Assembly (NCBI GenBank): GCA_963664435.2
Contig: CAXXKM010000002.1
Coordinates: 608,001 to 672,000 of the forward strand
Direction: 5' to 3'
Length of the DNA stretch: 64,000 nt
Source of the DNA: Longimicrobiales bacterium
Lineage (GTDB): Bacteria; Gemmatimonadota; Gemmatimonadetes; Longimicrobiales; Gaopeijiaceae
The position numbers and the translations under genes are program-made. Positions 42,271 through 51,692 of the stretch are shown piece by piece. The first letter of the stretch is position 1; every line of letters begins with the position of its first letter. The notes beneath the pieces were generated by a model. That model searched no databases. It was not told the origin of the DNA and was given only the letters and a program-made list of their open reading frames with translations.

Positions 42271-42669
42271 ATGACCGTCGAACCGACCGAGTTGGCGAAA
42301 GTGGTAAACCGCATGTACTGGGACTCCGACGAGAGCGTCAACCGGATCGCCGAGCGGCTCGATCTCTCCAAGGGCGCCCTCTACGGCATGATCGAGCCGG
42401 CGCCCGCCGGCGGCACCTGCCCCGATTGCGGTTCATCCCTGAACTTCGGCAACCGCACGGCCCGTGACCGCGGGCTCGCCGAATGCGCCGCCTGCTCACT
42501 TGTCGGCGAGCCGACGGACCGGGTATCATCCCCCGCACCCGCCGCGCACCCCCCGGAGTGGCCGGCGGTCCGCGAGCCCCGCCGCTGGAGCGGGCGAACG
42601 CTGGCCGGTTCCCTGCTTCTCGGAGTGGTCGCGGGGGTGCTGATTGCCGGCCTCCTGCGCCGCCGGTGA
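42271..42669 (+). CDS. Hypothetical protein: HTH-like N-terminus, zinc ribbon, C-terminal membrane anchor
   Basis: SVNRIAERLDLSKGALY; CPDC..CAAC; TM segment followed by RRR. Confidence 0.72.
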   Translation: MTVEPTELAKVVNRMYWDSDESVNRIAERLDLSKGALYGMIEPAPAGGTCPDCGSSLNFGNRTARDRGLAECAACSLVGEPTDRVSSPAPAAHPPEWPAVREPRRWSGRTLAGSLLLGVVAGVLIAGLLRRR

Positions 42670-42718
42670 CGGCGCCGCCCCATTCCACACCCACATCAGA
42701 CGAGATCGTTACCTGACG

Positions 42719-43486
42719 ATGAAGCTACAGCACCCCACGCCGCCAGCTGGGCATCGGTCCGCCGCACGCTTTCGCCGCGGGGCTCTGCTCCCGCTCGTTC
42801 TCGCGCTGGCCACCGGCTGCGCGGGCGGGGAGGGCGACGCGAACCCCCCCGCGGAGGAGGCATCCACGGAGTCCCTCACCCGGAGCCTCGTCACCACTCC
42901 GCCCGAAACGCTCCCCGGAGAGGAGATCGACTTTCCGGGCCTGGGCTACGACTTCGGAGACCCTGAAGCCACGCTGCGCATCGCCGAACTGAGCGACTTC
43001 GGCTGCGGCTTCTGCCGCCAGTTTCACGAAGAGACCTTTCCTGTGCTCCAGGAGGAGTACATGGACGCCGGAACCGTGCTGTGGAAGTACATCCCGATCG
43101 TGACCGGGATGTTTCCCCATGGAGACATGTCGGCGCTCGCGGGCGAGTGCGCGGGTGAGCAGGACGAGTTCGAACCGATGCTCGAGCGGCTGTACGAGGA
43201 TCAGGGAACGTGGAAGAACAGCAGCGACCCCATGCCGCACTTCCTCGGCTACGCCGCCGAGCTGGGGCTGAACTCCGAGCAGTTCGAGTCCTGCATCGTC
43301 GAGGAGCGCCCCGGAGACCGCATCGCCGACGGCGGGCGGGCCGCCCGGGCGCTGGGCCTGCGCGGAACGCCGAGCTTCCTGATCAACGGATTCCCCGTCC
43401 AGGGCGCCCTTCCCACCCAGCTCTTCCGCGACATCCTGGACAACGAGCTGGCGGCGCTGGCCGAGGCTGCGGGGTCGGGGGACTAA
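42719..43486 (+). CDS. DsbA-like thioredoxin-fold lipoprotein
   Basis: Lipobox ATGC; SDFGCGFC; GTPSFLING. Confidence 0.9.
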   Translation: MKLQHPTPPAGHRSAARFRRGALLPLVLALATGCAGGEGDANPPAEEASTESLTRSLVTTPPETLPGEEIDFPGLGYDFGDPEATLRIAELSDFGCGFCRQFHEETFPVLQEEYMDAGTVLWKYIPIVTGMFPHGDMSALAGECAGEQDEFEPMLERLYEDQGTWKNSSDPMPHFLGYAAELGLNSEQFESCIVEERPGDRIADGGRAARALGLRGTPSFLINGFPVQGALPTQLFRDILDNELAALAEAAGSGD

Positions 43487-44373
43487 CCTCCCGGCCGCCG
43501 CTGCACGCGGTCGAGCGGGCGCGCCGTGTTCGCCGACCGCCGGGCCTCACGGGTGGCCATGTTGAACCGGTCGCCGGGAGCCAGGAAGTAGAAGTCGCCG
43601 CCGGTGTCGATCTGCGCCCCGGTGTCGTAGATGACGACGTAGCTCTCGCCGATCACCTCGAATTCGTCGCCCTGGACCACGATCGCGGTGTTTTCGTCGA
43701 TGCCGATGCCCAGGAGATCGGGCATCGCCTCCATCACCTCGAGCATGTCGAACTGGCGGTTGCGGCGCAGCAGGTGCTGGTCGACGCCCACGTTGCGCAG
43801 AAAGCCGAACCCCTCCTCGTGGTCCCCCATCATGATGGTGTTGGTCTGCGTGTCCCCGCGGATCAGGTATGATCCCTGGATCGAGGCGCCGGCCGACGAG
43901 CCGCCGATGACGCCGCCGCGCTCGAGCACGCGGTGGAGCTCCTCCTCGGTGCGCGTGTCCAGGTAGGAATCCGCGATGCGCCACTGCCTCCCGCCCGGGA
44001 ACCAGACGCCTCCGGCTTCCTGGATGGGCCGTACGAAGGCCTCGCTGTCGGCCTCGTCGCGGTCGTTGGTGTGGATCACCGTCAGGTTGGTCGCGCCAGC
44101 CGCACGGAACTGGCGCAGGCCGGGGTAGAACTGGTCGTACTCCGCCGCGCCGCCTGCAGTCGGGATCACGACGATCGGGGCGTCGGGGCCGCCCGCCAGG
44201 TCGATGAAGCGGCGCACGATGCCCAGATCCTGCATGGCGCCCCCCACCACGACAAGCGAGCCGTTGGCGGGACCCACCTCCTGGGCCCCCAGCGGCGTCG
44301 GTGTGCCGTCTCCGGCGGTCCCCGCGAGGGCGAGGGCAATTCCGATGGCGATCACGGTTGTGCTCCGGTTCAT
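43483..44373 (-). CDS. Cyanophycinase (peptidase S51) with signal peptide
   Basis: VIPTA, GGRQWR, GGSSAGA catalytic Ser, DQH..RNR, GIDE; AGGAGG RBS. Confidence 0.88.
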   Translation of the reverse strand: MNRSTTVIAIGIALALAGTAGDGTPTPLGAQEVGPANGSLVVVGGAMQDLGIVRRFIDLAGGPDAPIVVIPTAGGAAEYDQFYPGLRQFRAAGATNLTVIHTNDRDEADSEAFVRPIQEAGGVWFPGGRQWRIADSYLDTRTEEELHRVLERGGVIGGSSAGASIQGSYLIRGDTQTNTIMMGDHEEGFGFLRNVGVDQHLLRRNRQFDMLEVMEAMPDLLGIGIDENTAIVVQGDEFEVIGESYVVIYDTGAQIDTGGDFYFLAPGDRFNMATREARRSANTARPLDRVQRRPGG

Positions 44374-44497
44374 CTGCGACCTCCTGGACGTCGTCCGCTT
44401 CGTGGTATTCCCGATCGTGGCCGGGCTGGCGGGCAACCCGGACTGGAATCATTCGGTCTGGAGCCCGGTTGCGCCAGCCGCGGGAGCGGACCCGGCG

Positions 44498-44598
44498 AAT
44501 TACGCATTTTACGTAAATTGTGTAATTGCCGACCCTGGAACCGTCCGGCGCGCGCGCCGCGTCATCGGTTGCTGATAGGGTGCTGATGGCGGGCTAGT
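44498..44598. promoter_or_regulatory. 30-bp AT-rich imperfect palindrome and heptamer direct repeats in a divergent intergenic region
   Basis: AATTACGCATTTTACGTAAATTGTGTAATT (26/30 self-complementary); TGCTGAT-N4-TGCTGAT-N4-GGCTAGT at 44570-44598. Confidence 0.7.
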
Positions 44599-44636
44599 AC
44601 CTTGGTCCGTCACCTTCACCACACCGAGGAAGCGCC

Positions 44637-45509
44637 ATGTCCGGAGGAAAGCGCCCGCAGTCGCCGTTTCTACTCCTGTCCGTCCCCTACCGGAACCTCG
44701 TTCCGCTCACGACGCCAGCCGAGTTCATCAAGCGCGAACGAGGGCTCAAGGGATCGGCTGTGATCTGGCGCCTGAGGACGGGGGAACTGGCCGACAACCT
44801 GACGATCGCGCGCCGCCGGCCGGCGGGCGTTGTCCTGATTCTCGTTCTTCCGCCCGCTTCTTCGCTGACGACCGAGACCGATCTCCTCCATGTCATCGGG
44901 CGATGCAGACCGACAGCCATCGTTCCTCACCACGAGGACATCGATCCGGAAGATATGAAGTCTCTCATTCGCCGGCCGCCGACCGACCTCCCGGTCGAGT
45001 TCACCGAGTACCTGGCGTGGAGGGGACTGCACGTCGACCGCGGAACATGCGACATCATTCGCCGCACGGTCAGGTTGGCAACGCAGCTCACCACGATCGC
45101 CAGCCTGTCGCGGACGATCTACCTGTCGCGCCGTGCACTGGGTCGCCGCTTCGTGTCGAGGGGACTGCCGGTGCCTTCCCACTGGTTGCAATTCTGCCGG
45201 ATTCTCCACGCGGTCCTTCGGCTTCAGAACTCCTCGCAGAGCCTGCACTCCGTTGCCTGTGACCTGGGTTATCCCGACGGATTCGCGCTGAGCAATCAGA
45301 TGAACCGGCTAATCGGAGTCAGGCCCTCGACCGCCCGGCGGTGTCTGGGTTGGGAGTGGCTGATCGAGTGCTGGTTGCAGAGGGAGAAGGCGATCGGAGC
45401 GTTGGCTCATGACTTGCATCAAGGCGGTCCGGCGGCCGGACCGCCGCGCGCATTCCGTTCCCCTCGAGATTCGGCCCGACGAGCGAGGAAACTGGCCGTT
45501 CGGCGATAG
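44637..45509 (+). CDS. AraC-family transcriptional regulator with atypical N-terminal domain
   Basis: C-terminal double HTH (LSRRALGRRF; VACDLGYPDGFALSNQMNRLIGVRPS). Confidence 0.8.
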   Translation: MSGGKRPQSPFLLLSVPYRNLVPLTTPAEFIKRERGLKGSAVIWRLRTGELADNLTIARRRPAGVVLILVLPPASSLTTETDLLHVIGRCRPTAIVPHHEDIDPEDMKSLIRRPPTDLPVEFTEYLAWRGLHVDRGTCDIIRRTVRLATQLTTIASLSRTIYLSRRALGRRFVSRGLPVPSHWLQFCRILHAVLRLQNSSQSLHSVACDLGYPDGFALSNQMNRLIGVRPSTARRCLGWEWLIECWLQREKAIGALAHDLHQGGPAAGPPRAFRSPRDSARRARKLAVRR

Positions 45510-45539
45510 GCCTCCAAGTGACTCCAGCAACAGTGAAAA

Positions 45540-48500
45540 ATGTCCGATTGGCCTTTCGGGACGGGAAACACGGAAGTCCACCAAGACAATACCCGCCCAA
45601 CCTTTCGGCTAATGACCTTCGGCGGTCCCAAGTTGATCGCCGGCCCCAAGACTCATCCGTTGTCTCCTCTGAGAGCGGCTCTGCTCGGCCTGCTCGCGAC
45701 AGCGCCGGATGACGGCCTGTCCACAGCGCGCGTCATCGCCCTGCTCTGGAAACCAGGGCCTTCCAGTCGGCTGAGACACCGGGTCAGCCAGTTGATCTAT
45801 GCGCTGAACCGGGGACTCCCCGAGAAAGTGGTTGTGAAGAGACGTCACCGCCACTGCGTGAGCAAGGCGATCCCGACGGATTACCAGCTGTTCGAGGCGG
45901 CGTTGCGGAATCATCGAACCATGGAAGCCGCGGAACTGGTGAGGCGCGGCTTTCTCCTGGAGCTGACCAGGCCCCCTTCGGATGCGTTTCTTGAGTGGCT
46001 GGACAAGACGAGGCTCGAGCAGCGAGCCCGGACCCGACAGACCGCTGCCGAACAGTGGACCCGCCTGACCGACCAAGGCCGCTGGAGGCAGGCTGTCGAA
46101 CCGGCCCGGGCTCTGCTCTTGTTGAACGCCGATGACGAACGGGCTCTTCGCATGGTGATTCGCGCCGAAGCCATCGCCGGAAGCGTACGCGAGGCCGAGG
46201 CCGCCTTCCACAGTTTCGTGGAACGTGCCAAATCGGATAACCGGGACTGGGTTCCACAAGCGGAGACGCTGTCGCTGGTCGACTACATCCGCAACATGCC
46301 TTTTCGCGGCAGCACGAAGTTCGCTGCGCACGCGCTGGACGCGTCTCCCCTGATCGGGCGCTCGGAGGAGCTCGCCGCCCTTTCGGCCGCGATGCTCCCA
46401 CGACCCGGAGACGGGTTGCGCCTGGTTGTCATCAGAGGAGAGCGCGGCACCGGCAAGACCCGGCTTCTCGAGGAATCCCTGGCCACCGATCTGCTGAGCG
46501 GCATCCGGACATTGCGCTTGCGGGCGTCGAAAACCGGACGGCGAGCCTTCCTCAACTCCGTTCTCGATGCCCTGGCATCCTCCGATGTCGGCTCTGACCT
46601 GCGCGACCTCGCGGAGCCGTGGCGCGCGGCGCTGCTGGAGTCCATCCCGGAGACCCCTTCCGGGACCAAGCTCCCTGTCGAACCGCGTGCGGCCGAACCC
46701 GACCAGGTCCTCCGGCGATACCCTGAAGCCATCCGTCAGGCGCTTCTCGCGGTGGCCGGGAATGAGCCCGTCGTCCTCGTCGTTGACGATTGCCACCGGG
46801 TCGACGAGGAGTTCGCCGAGGTTCTCCGGTACGTCGTGCAGCGGTGGCCCTCGCTGCCGCTGGCGGTCACGCTCACGGTAGCGACGGAGAGCTTGCACCG
46901 GAAGGATCCGTTCATCCGGCTGCTCGGCGATTCGCTCCATGAGTGTGAGCTGGCCGAGTTTACCCTCGGTAAACTCACCCGGGAAGCTGCCGCGGAGCTG
47001 GTGGACACCGTTGCGGATGGTCGCATTGAGGAAGAAGTGCGGGACCGGATCGTCGAGTTGAGCGACCAGAACCCGCTGTTCCTCCTGAAGCTCTCGGAAC
47101 TGCCTCTGGCCGGCTTGCCCCTGCCGAACCTGGATCCCGACGACTTCGTGTCCGTCCCTCAATCCATATCGGATGTCTTTTCGGGGCGCGTGGCGGAACT
47201 GGATGATGACACCGAGCGCACTCTTCAGCTTCTCAGTGTCATGGGGCGTCCCCTGGGCGTCGGCACCTTGTCGAAGCTGAGCGACCGATCACGCGACTCG
47301 TGCGTCGACGCTCTGGACATCCTGCAGCAGTCCCGGCTGGTCAGGAGGGCTGCACGCGGGTTTTCCGTGCGCTACGAACTGATCCGCCATGTGGTCTACG
47401 ATCGCATGACGGTCGCGCGGCGGACCTGGGTTCATGGTCGCGTGGCAAGTCATCTTGATGACCCGAACACCTCGGCAACTCCCGCCGAACTGGCGATTCA
47501 TTACCGTCATGCCGGGATTCCGACCAAGGCGCTGCGGCACGCGCTGGCCGGAGCCAGTGCCGCCGAGAAGTCCGGTGCCCTCGCAGAGGCGACGACGCTC
47601 TTCGCGCTCGCCCGGCGAAATATCCACGATCCCCGGACTCACGCCCGGATGGCTGAACGCCTTGCTCGCCTCCACTACGTGCGCCGGGACATCGCGGACG
47701 GACCGGATCGGTTGGCCGAGGCAGCGTATGAGCTTCGCAAGGTCCATCATCACCAGAGCGCTCTTGTCGCGGACATCCAACGCGTCGATCTCCTCGCAGG
47801 CAGCGGCTCCTGTTCTCCGGAGGAGGCAGTCGCTCGCATCCGCGAGTTCGGACGCACCGCAGAGCAGGCGAAACATTGGAAGGCGGCTGCCAGGGCCATT
47901 GACATGGAGCTCCATATCCACAGGAAGGAAGGAGAGGGTCCTGAGGCGGACACGCTGGCCGCGCACGCCCGCAAGCTGCTGCGTCAGGTCGAACCAGGGC
48001 GGCGCGGTCCCCTCCATGCCAGCCTTGCCTTCCATCATCAGGGTGACTTCGATGCGGGGCTCGGGCATGCCCGCGAGGCAATCGCCGTCGCTCGCCGGAT
48101 GCGCGCCCCGGATGAACTGCTGCGAGCCCTGGTGCGCTTCGTCGCGATTCAAGGCGCAAGGGGACTCATTACCGACCCGGAGGCCGCCTCGGCCCTGGAA
48201 GAAGGGGAGTCCCTTGCCAGGGACCATGACGATTTCGTGGAACACCACGCCCTGCTCGTCAGCGCAGGTAGCGGATACCGCGCGACCGGACGCCTCGACC
48301 GGGCAAGGAGCTGGTTTGTAAGGGCCGGAGCGGTGCTTGCCAATGTCAAGACCTGGGAATCGCATGTTTCCCTGGAATGCAGGCTGGGAGAGCTGGCGCT
48401 GGAGGCGAGGCAGCTGGACCAGGCCGCCGCGCATTTTGGCCGCGCCCGACTACTCTGGAAGCCCGGAATGGGCCGCTGTGCGGGCATCATCAGCCATTCG

Positions 48501-48887
48501 GGCGTCGGTCTCACCGCGGTTCGAATGGGAGAACTGTCCCAGGCCCGCGAGATGGGGGCCCAGATCCCCGAACCACCCGGGAGCTGGTTCGAGGATCCCT
48601 GGGTGTTCGCTTTGTTCCAGGCGCACCTGTGCGAGTTGCAAGGCGTAGCCGGAAACGGGGCGGACGCTGTAGGCAGAATCGCGAGTCATATCGAGGCGTC
48701 CCAGCCCGCGAATTGGGCGCGGCTCAAGTTCGAGGAGGCGCTCCTGCGGCTGCGGCACTCGCTTCCACAGCGCGCCGAGATCGCTCAAACGGCGGCGGAC
48801 GCCGCCGCCGACCTGGGGATTGACCGCCGGATAACGGCCCTGAAAGCGGCGCGGCAAAGAGCGCGCAGGCGTGAGATGCCCGGCTGA
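45540..48887 (+). CDS. Large SARP/AfsR-like regulator: wHTH-BTAD, STAND NTPase, TPR-like repeats
   Basis: FLEWL..R, DERALRMVIR (BTAD-like); LIGRSEEL, GERGTGKT, VVLVVDDCH, NPLFL, ELAIHY. Confidence 0.82.
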   Translation: MSDWPFGTGNTEVHQDNTRPTFRLMTFGGPKLIAGPKTHPLSPLRAALLGLLATAPDDGLSTARVIALLWKPGPSSRLRHRVSQLIYALNRGLPEKVVVKRRHRHCVSKAIPTDYQLFEAALRNHRTMEAAELVRRGFLLELTRPPSDAFLEWLDKTRLEQRARTRQTAAEQWTRLTDQGRWRQAVEPARALLLLNADDERALRMVIRAEAIAGSVREAEAAFHSFVERAKSDNRDWVPQAETLSLVDYIRNMPFRGSTKFAAHALDASPLIGRSEELAALSAAMLPRPGDGLRLVVIRGERGTGKTRLLEESLATDLLSGIRTLRLRASKTGRRAFLNSVLDALASSDVGSDLRDLAEPWRAALLESIPETPSGTKLPVEPRAAEPDQVLRRYPEAIRQALLAVAGNEPVVLVVDDCHRVDEEFAEVLRYVVQRWPSLPLAVTLTVATESLHRKDPFIRLLGDSLHECELAEFTLGKLTREAAAELVDTVADGRIEEEVRDRIVELSDQNPLFLLKLSELPLAGLPLPNLDPDDFVSVPQSISDVFSGRVAELDDDTERTLQLLSVMGRPLGVGTLSKLSDRSRDSCVDALDILQQSRLVRRAARGFSVRYELIRHVVYDRMTVARRTWVHGRVASHLDDPNTSATPAELAIHYRHAGIPTKALRHALAGASAAEKSGALAEATTLFALARRNIHDPRTHARMAERLARLHYVRRDIADGPDRLAEAAYELRKVHHHQSALVADIQRVDLLAGSGSCSPEEAVARIREFGRTAEQAKHWKAAARAIDMELHIHRKEGEGPEADTLAAHARKLLRQVEPGRRGPLHASLAFHHQGDFDAGLGHAREAIAVARRMRAPDELLRALVRFVAIQGARGLITDPEAASALEEGESLARDHDDFVEHHALLVSAGSGYRATGRLDRARSWFVRAGAVLANVKTWESHVSLECRLGELALEARQLDQAAAHFGRARLLWKPGMGRCAGIISHSGVGLTAVRMGELSQAREMGAQIPEPPGSWFEDPWVFALFQAHLCELQGVAGNGADAVGRIASHIEASQPANWARLKFEEALLRLRHSLPQRAEIAQTAADAAADLGIDRRITALKAARQRARRREMPG

Positions 48888-48953
48888 CACCCGGAGTCCG
48901 CCAGCGGGTGCGCCAGCGCGAGGACGGCGCTGTCGGCCGCAAGCCGACCGCCG

Positions 48954-50549
48954 CTACCGGAACAGATCCCGGCCCGCGAGGTCCGCCGGCGCCGGGATGC
49001 CCGCCAGCGCGGCCAGGGTGGGCGCCACGTCCACCGTGCGCACGCGCGCGTCCGAACGGCCCGGCCGCACCCCCGCGCCCAGGAAGATCAGCGGCACGTG
49101 GCGGTCGTGCCGGTACGGCGATCCGTGGTTGGTCCCGCCCCCGGTGTATTCCACCGTCCCGGGGGTGAGCCGGATCTCCAGGTGGACGCCGTAGCGGTGC
49201 AGGGGCCCCGGCATGCGCCCGGCGAAGTACGAGTTCTGCTGCAGCCGGATCAGCGAGTCGGGGGAGGGTTCGCCGGCGAGCTCCGCCTCGGTGATGGCGT
49301 CGGCCACGAAATCCAGTTCCTCCAGCACCACCGCGACCCGCTCCTGCTCCGGGCTCGACACGGGTTCCGTCCCGTCCGGGAACGCCTCGCGCACCAGCCG
49401 GGCGGCGGCCCGAAAGTCCCTGCCGCCCACGCGGCCCCCCGGCTGCCCCAGTTCCTGCAGGTATTCGGGCACCGGCTGTACGCCGTGGTCGGCACTGAAG
49501 GCCAGCACCCACCGGCCTGAACCGATCTCGTCGTCCAGGAAGCCGAAGAACTCCCCGAGCAGCCGGTCGAGGCGCAGAAGCGTGTCGAACTGCTCCACGC
49601 TGAACGGCCCGTAGCGGTGCCCCACATAGTCCACCTGGGAGAGCGACACGCTCAGGTAGTCCACGATGCCGTCGTCTCCCATGCCCAGCTCCTGCACCGC
49701 GGCCATCGCCAGCGCCAGGGTCGCCGCGTCCACCATGGGCCGCTCCGCCATCCACTCGTTGAATCCGGCGGGCGACGACGCGTCGCCTTCCTGGTCGAAT
49801 CGATGCGGAAAAGTCGTGTGGATTCCGTCGGCCTCGTAGGGGGCCCGGTCCCCGCGCGGAACGATCCGTTCCAGGCCGGGAGGGATGGTGCTGGACCAGA
49901 CCGAGTCGGAAAGCAGGCGCGCACGGGCGTCCCGGTTGAAGTCTTCGAGCCAGTCGGGAACGGCCGGCCGATACCAGGTCGAGGTCACGTAGCGTCCCTG
50001 TTCGGCATCGAGCCAGTAGACGTGGCCGGGCGCCCTTCCGGCCATCGTGATCGCCGCCCGGTCCTTCTTGGAGACCGACACCACATGCGCCCCGGAGTCG
50101 GCGTTCAAAACCCAGTCCGCCATGCCGCCACGCTCCAGGTTGCGGGGCGAGCGACCCGGGCGCTCGGGGATGCCCACGATGGCGGCAAGGCTGTCGGCGA
50201 CGGCGTAGACGTAGGTCGGTTCGCCGGCCTGGTCGAACTCGAACCAGTCGTTGGCGACGATCCCGTGCGTTTTCGGGTAGACGCCCGTCGAGAGGGTCGC
50301 ATGCCCCGCCGCGGTCTCGGTCACGCCATGGTCGTGAGCCGCGTTGTCGAAGCGGAATCCTTCGTCGAGCAGCCTGCGAAGGCCTCCCGAATAGTGCTCG
50401 TCGTAGCGCTCCAGGAGGTCCGGGATGAGCTGATCCACCACCACCGTCACCATCAGGCGCGAACCGTCCTGTGGCTCGGTACCGCTGCACCCGGCCGCCG
50501 GGAGGAGCAGGAGTAACGCGACGAGTGGGCGCTGGATGGAACGCAACAT
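48954..50549 (-). CDS. Alkaline phosphatase family lipoprotein (PafA-like)
   Basis: Lipobox AAGC; VVDQL, TAAGHATLSTG, KDRAA, DYVGH.YGP, ADHG, HGSPY. Confidence 0.9.
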   Translation of the reverse strand: MLRSIQRPLVALLLLLPAAGCSGTEPQDGSRLMVTVVVDQLIPDLLERYDEHYSGGLRRLLDEGFRFDNAAHDHGVTETAAGHATLSTGVYPKTHGIVANDWFEFDQAGEPTYVYAVADSLAAIVGIPERPGRSPRNLERGGMADWVLNADSGAHVVSVSKKDRAAITMAGRAPGHVYWLDAEQGRYVTSTWYRPAVPDWLEDFNRDARARLLSDSVWSSTIPPGLERIVPRGDRAPYEADGIHTTFPHRFDQEGDASSPAGFNEWMAERPMVDAATLALAMAAVQELGMGDDGIVDYLSVSLSQVDYVGHRYGPFSVEQFDTLLRLDRLLGEFFGFLDDEIGSGRWVLAFSADHGVQPVPEYLQELGQPGGRVGGRDFRAAARLVREAFPDGTEPVSSPEQERVAVVLEELDFVADAITEAELAGEPSPDSLIRLQQNSYFAGRMPGPLHRYGVHLEIRLTPGTVEYTGGGTNHGSPYRHDRHVPLIFLGAGVRPGRSDARVRTVDVAPTLAALAGIPAPADLAGRDLFR

Positions 50550-50842
50550 CGGAAGCCGGACTCCGTAAACGCGTGGTCTTGATCTGGCAGCCCGCAGACC
50601 TTCCCGCTCGCGGTGCTCTCGCGGATTCCTCGGCGGACTGCTAGTGAGATCGCTCATTCCGCGATCGAGGGCAACCGTCGCGGGCGCCTGTTCCGCGGCG
50701 CCTGCCACGATCCAACGGACGAACAGGGTGATTTCGTGCGCCGGGGGGCTTTGCCGGCCTGCGCCTGTGCGCGTGTCCGTCGCCCCCGCCGTCGTCCCAT
50801 CCGGCCATTCCTCCGCCCGGGGTCTTCCGCTTGCTTGTAACC

Positions 50843-51391
50843 ATGCAGCTGACGCGCAGCGAACTGATCCACGACCGCTCTCGCCGGAGTCTCCGGACCG
50901 TCTACGGCGACCTCGCCCGCGAGGCCCGACGCATCGACGCGGCCGTAGATCGGATCCGGCTCTCCGGCCTCGATCTCGCCTACGAAGCGCTGGCCTCCGT
51001 GGAGGAATTGCGCGTGCTCGTCACCGAAATCAATGCGGCGACGCTCAAGTTCGAGGCCGAGGCGATTCTGGCGGATGCTCAACGCGCCGACAACCTGCGG
51101 GTGGTCATGCGCCTGCTCGCCGAAGAGCGCCTCCGGGTTCGCTGCGCGCCCCTCCTGGACTGGGCGCCCAACTTTTCCGTTTTCGCCGATCCAAAGGGAC
51201 GCTGCAATCTCTTCCTGGGCGTCCACTGGTTCCAGATTCCCTACCCCTCGCGCGGTCCGGCGCTCGCCGTGGTTCACAGGGGCGGGGAGGCCGGCGGAGT
51301 GCGGGCGCGATTTCAGGAGATGTGGGACCTGGCGCACGACATCGGTCCGGCGCTGCGCGGCGTCTTCGAGGCCGCCGAGCGCGCAACTTGA
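50843..51391 (+). CDS. Hypothetical protein, possibly a degenerate PLD-like fold
   Basis: Coding-like codon bias; ends with an RFQEMW helix; no HKD motif. Confidence 0.65.
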   Translation: MQLTRSELIHDRSRRSLRTVYGDLAREARRIDAAVDRIRLSGLDLAYEALASVEELRVLVTEINAATLKFEAEAILADAQRADNLRVVMRLLAEERLRVRCAPLLDWAPNFSVFADPKGRCNLFLGVHWFQIPYPSRGPALAVVHRGGEAGGVRARFQEMWDLAHDIGPALRGVFEAAERAT

Positions 51392-51439
51392 CACGCCGGG
51401 TAGGCTTAAGATACGGTTGCTGGCTACTGGAGGCGGTCT

Positions 51440-51512
<73 letters not shown>

Positions 51513-51692
51513 CTGGGAATTCTCCAACGTTGGTACTGGGCGCCCATATGCGCGGGGCCCCGGAGGGCGGCTGCCCCCGGGGCCTCGTCATGTCCGGCTC
51601 CCGACCGGCTGGCGAGTGCGTCGCTCGGACCGGTGGGCTGGCCGGGGGATCCGGGCGGCCGACGCGGTAAGCAAGCGAAGCGTGCGCAGCCC

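Noticed and set aside
44467..48920. Imperfect direct repeat GGnTGCGCCAGC flanking the AraC/STAND cassette
   Set aside because: Short and GC-rich, so plausibly chance; it cannot be called an att site or target duplication without an empty-site comparison.
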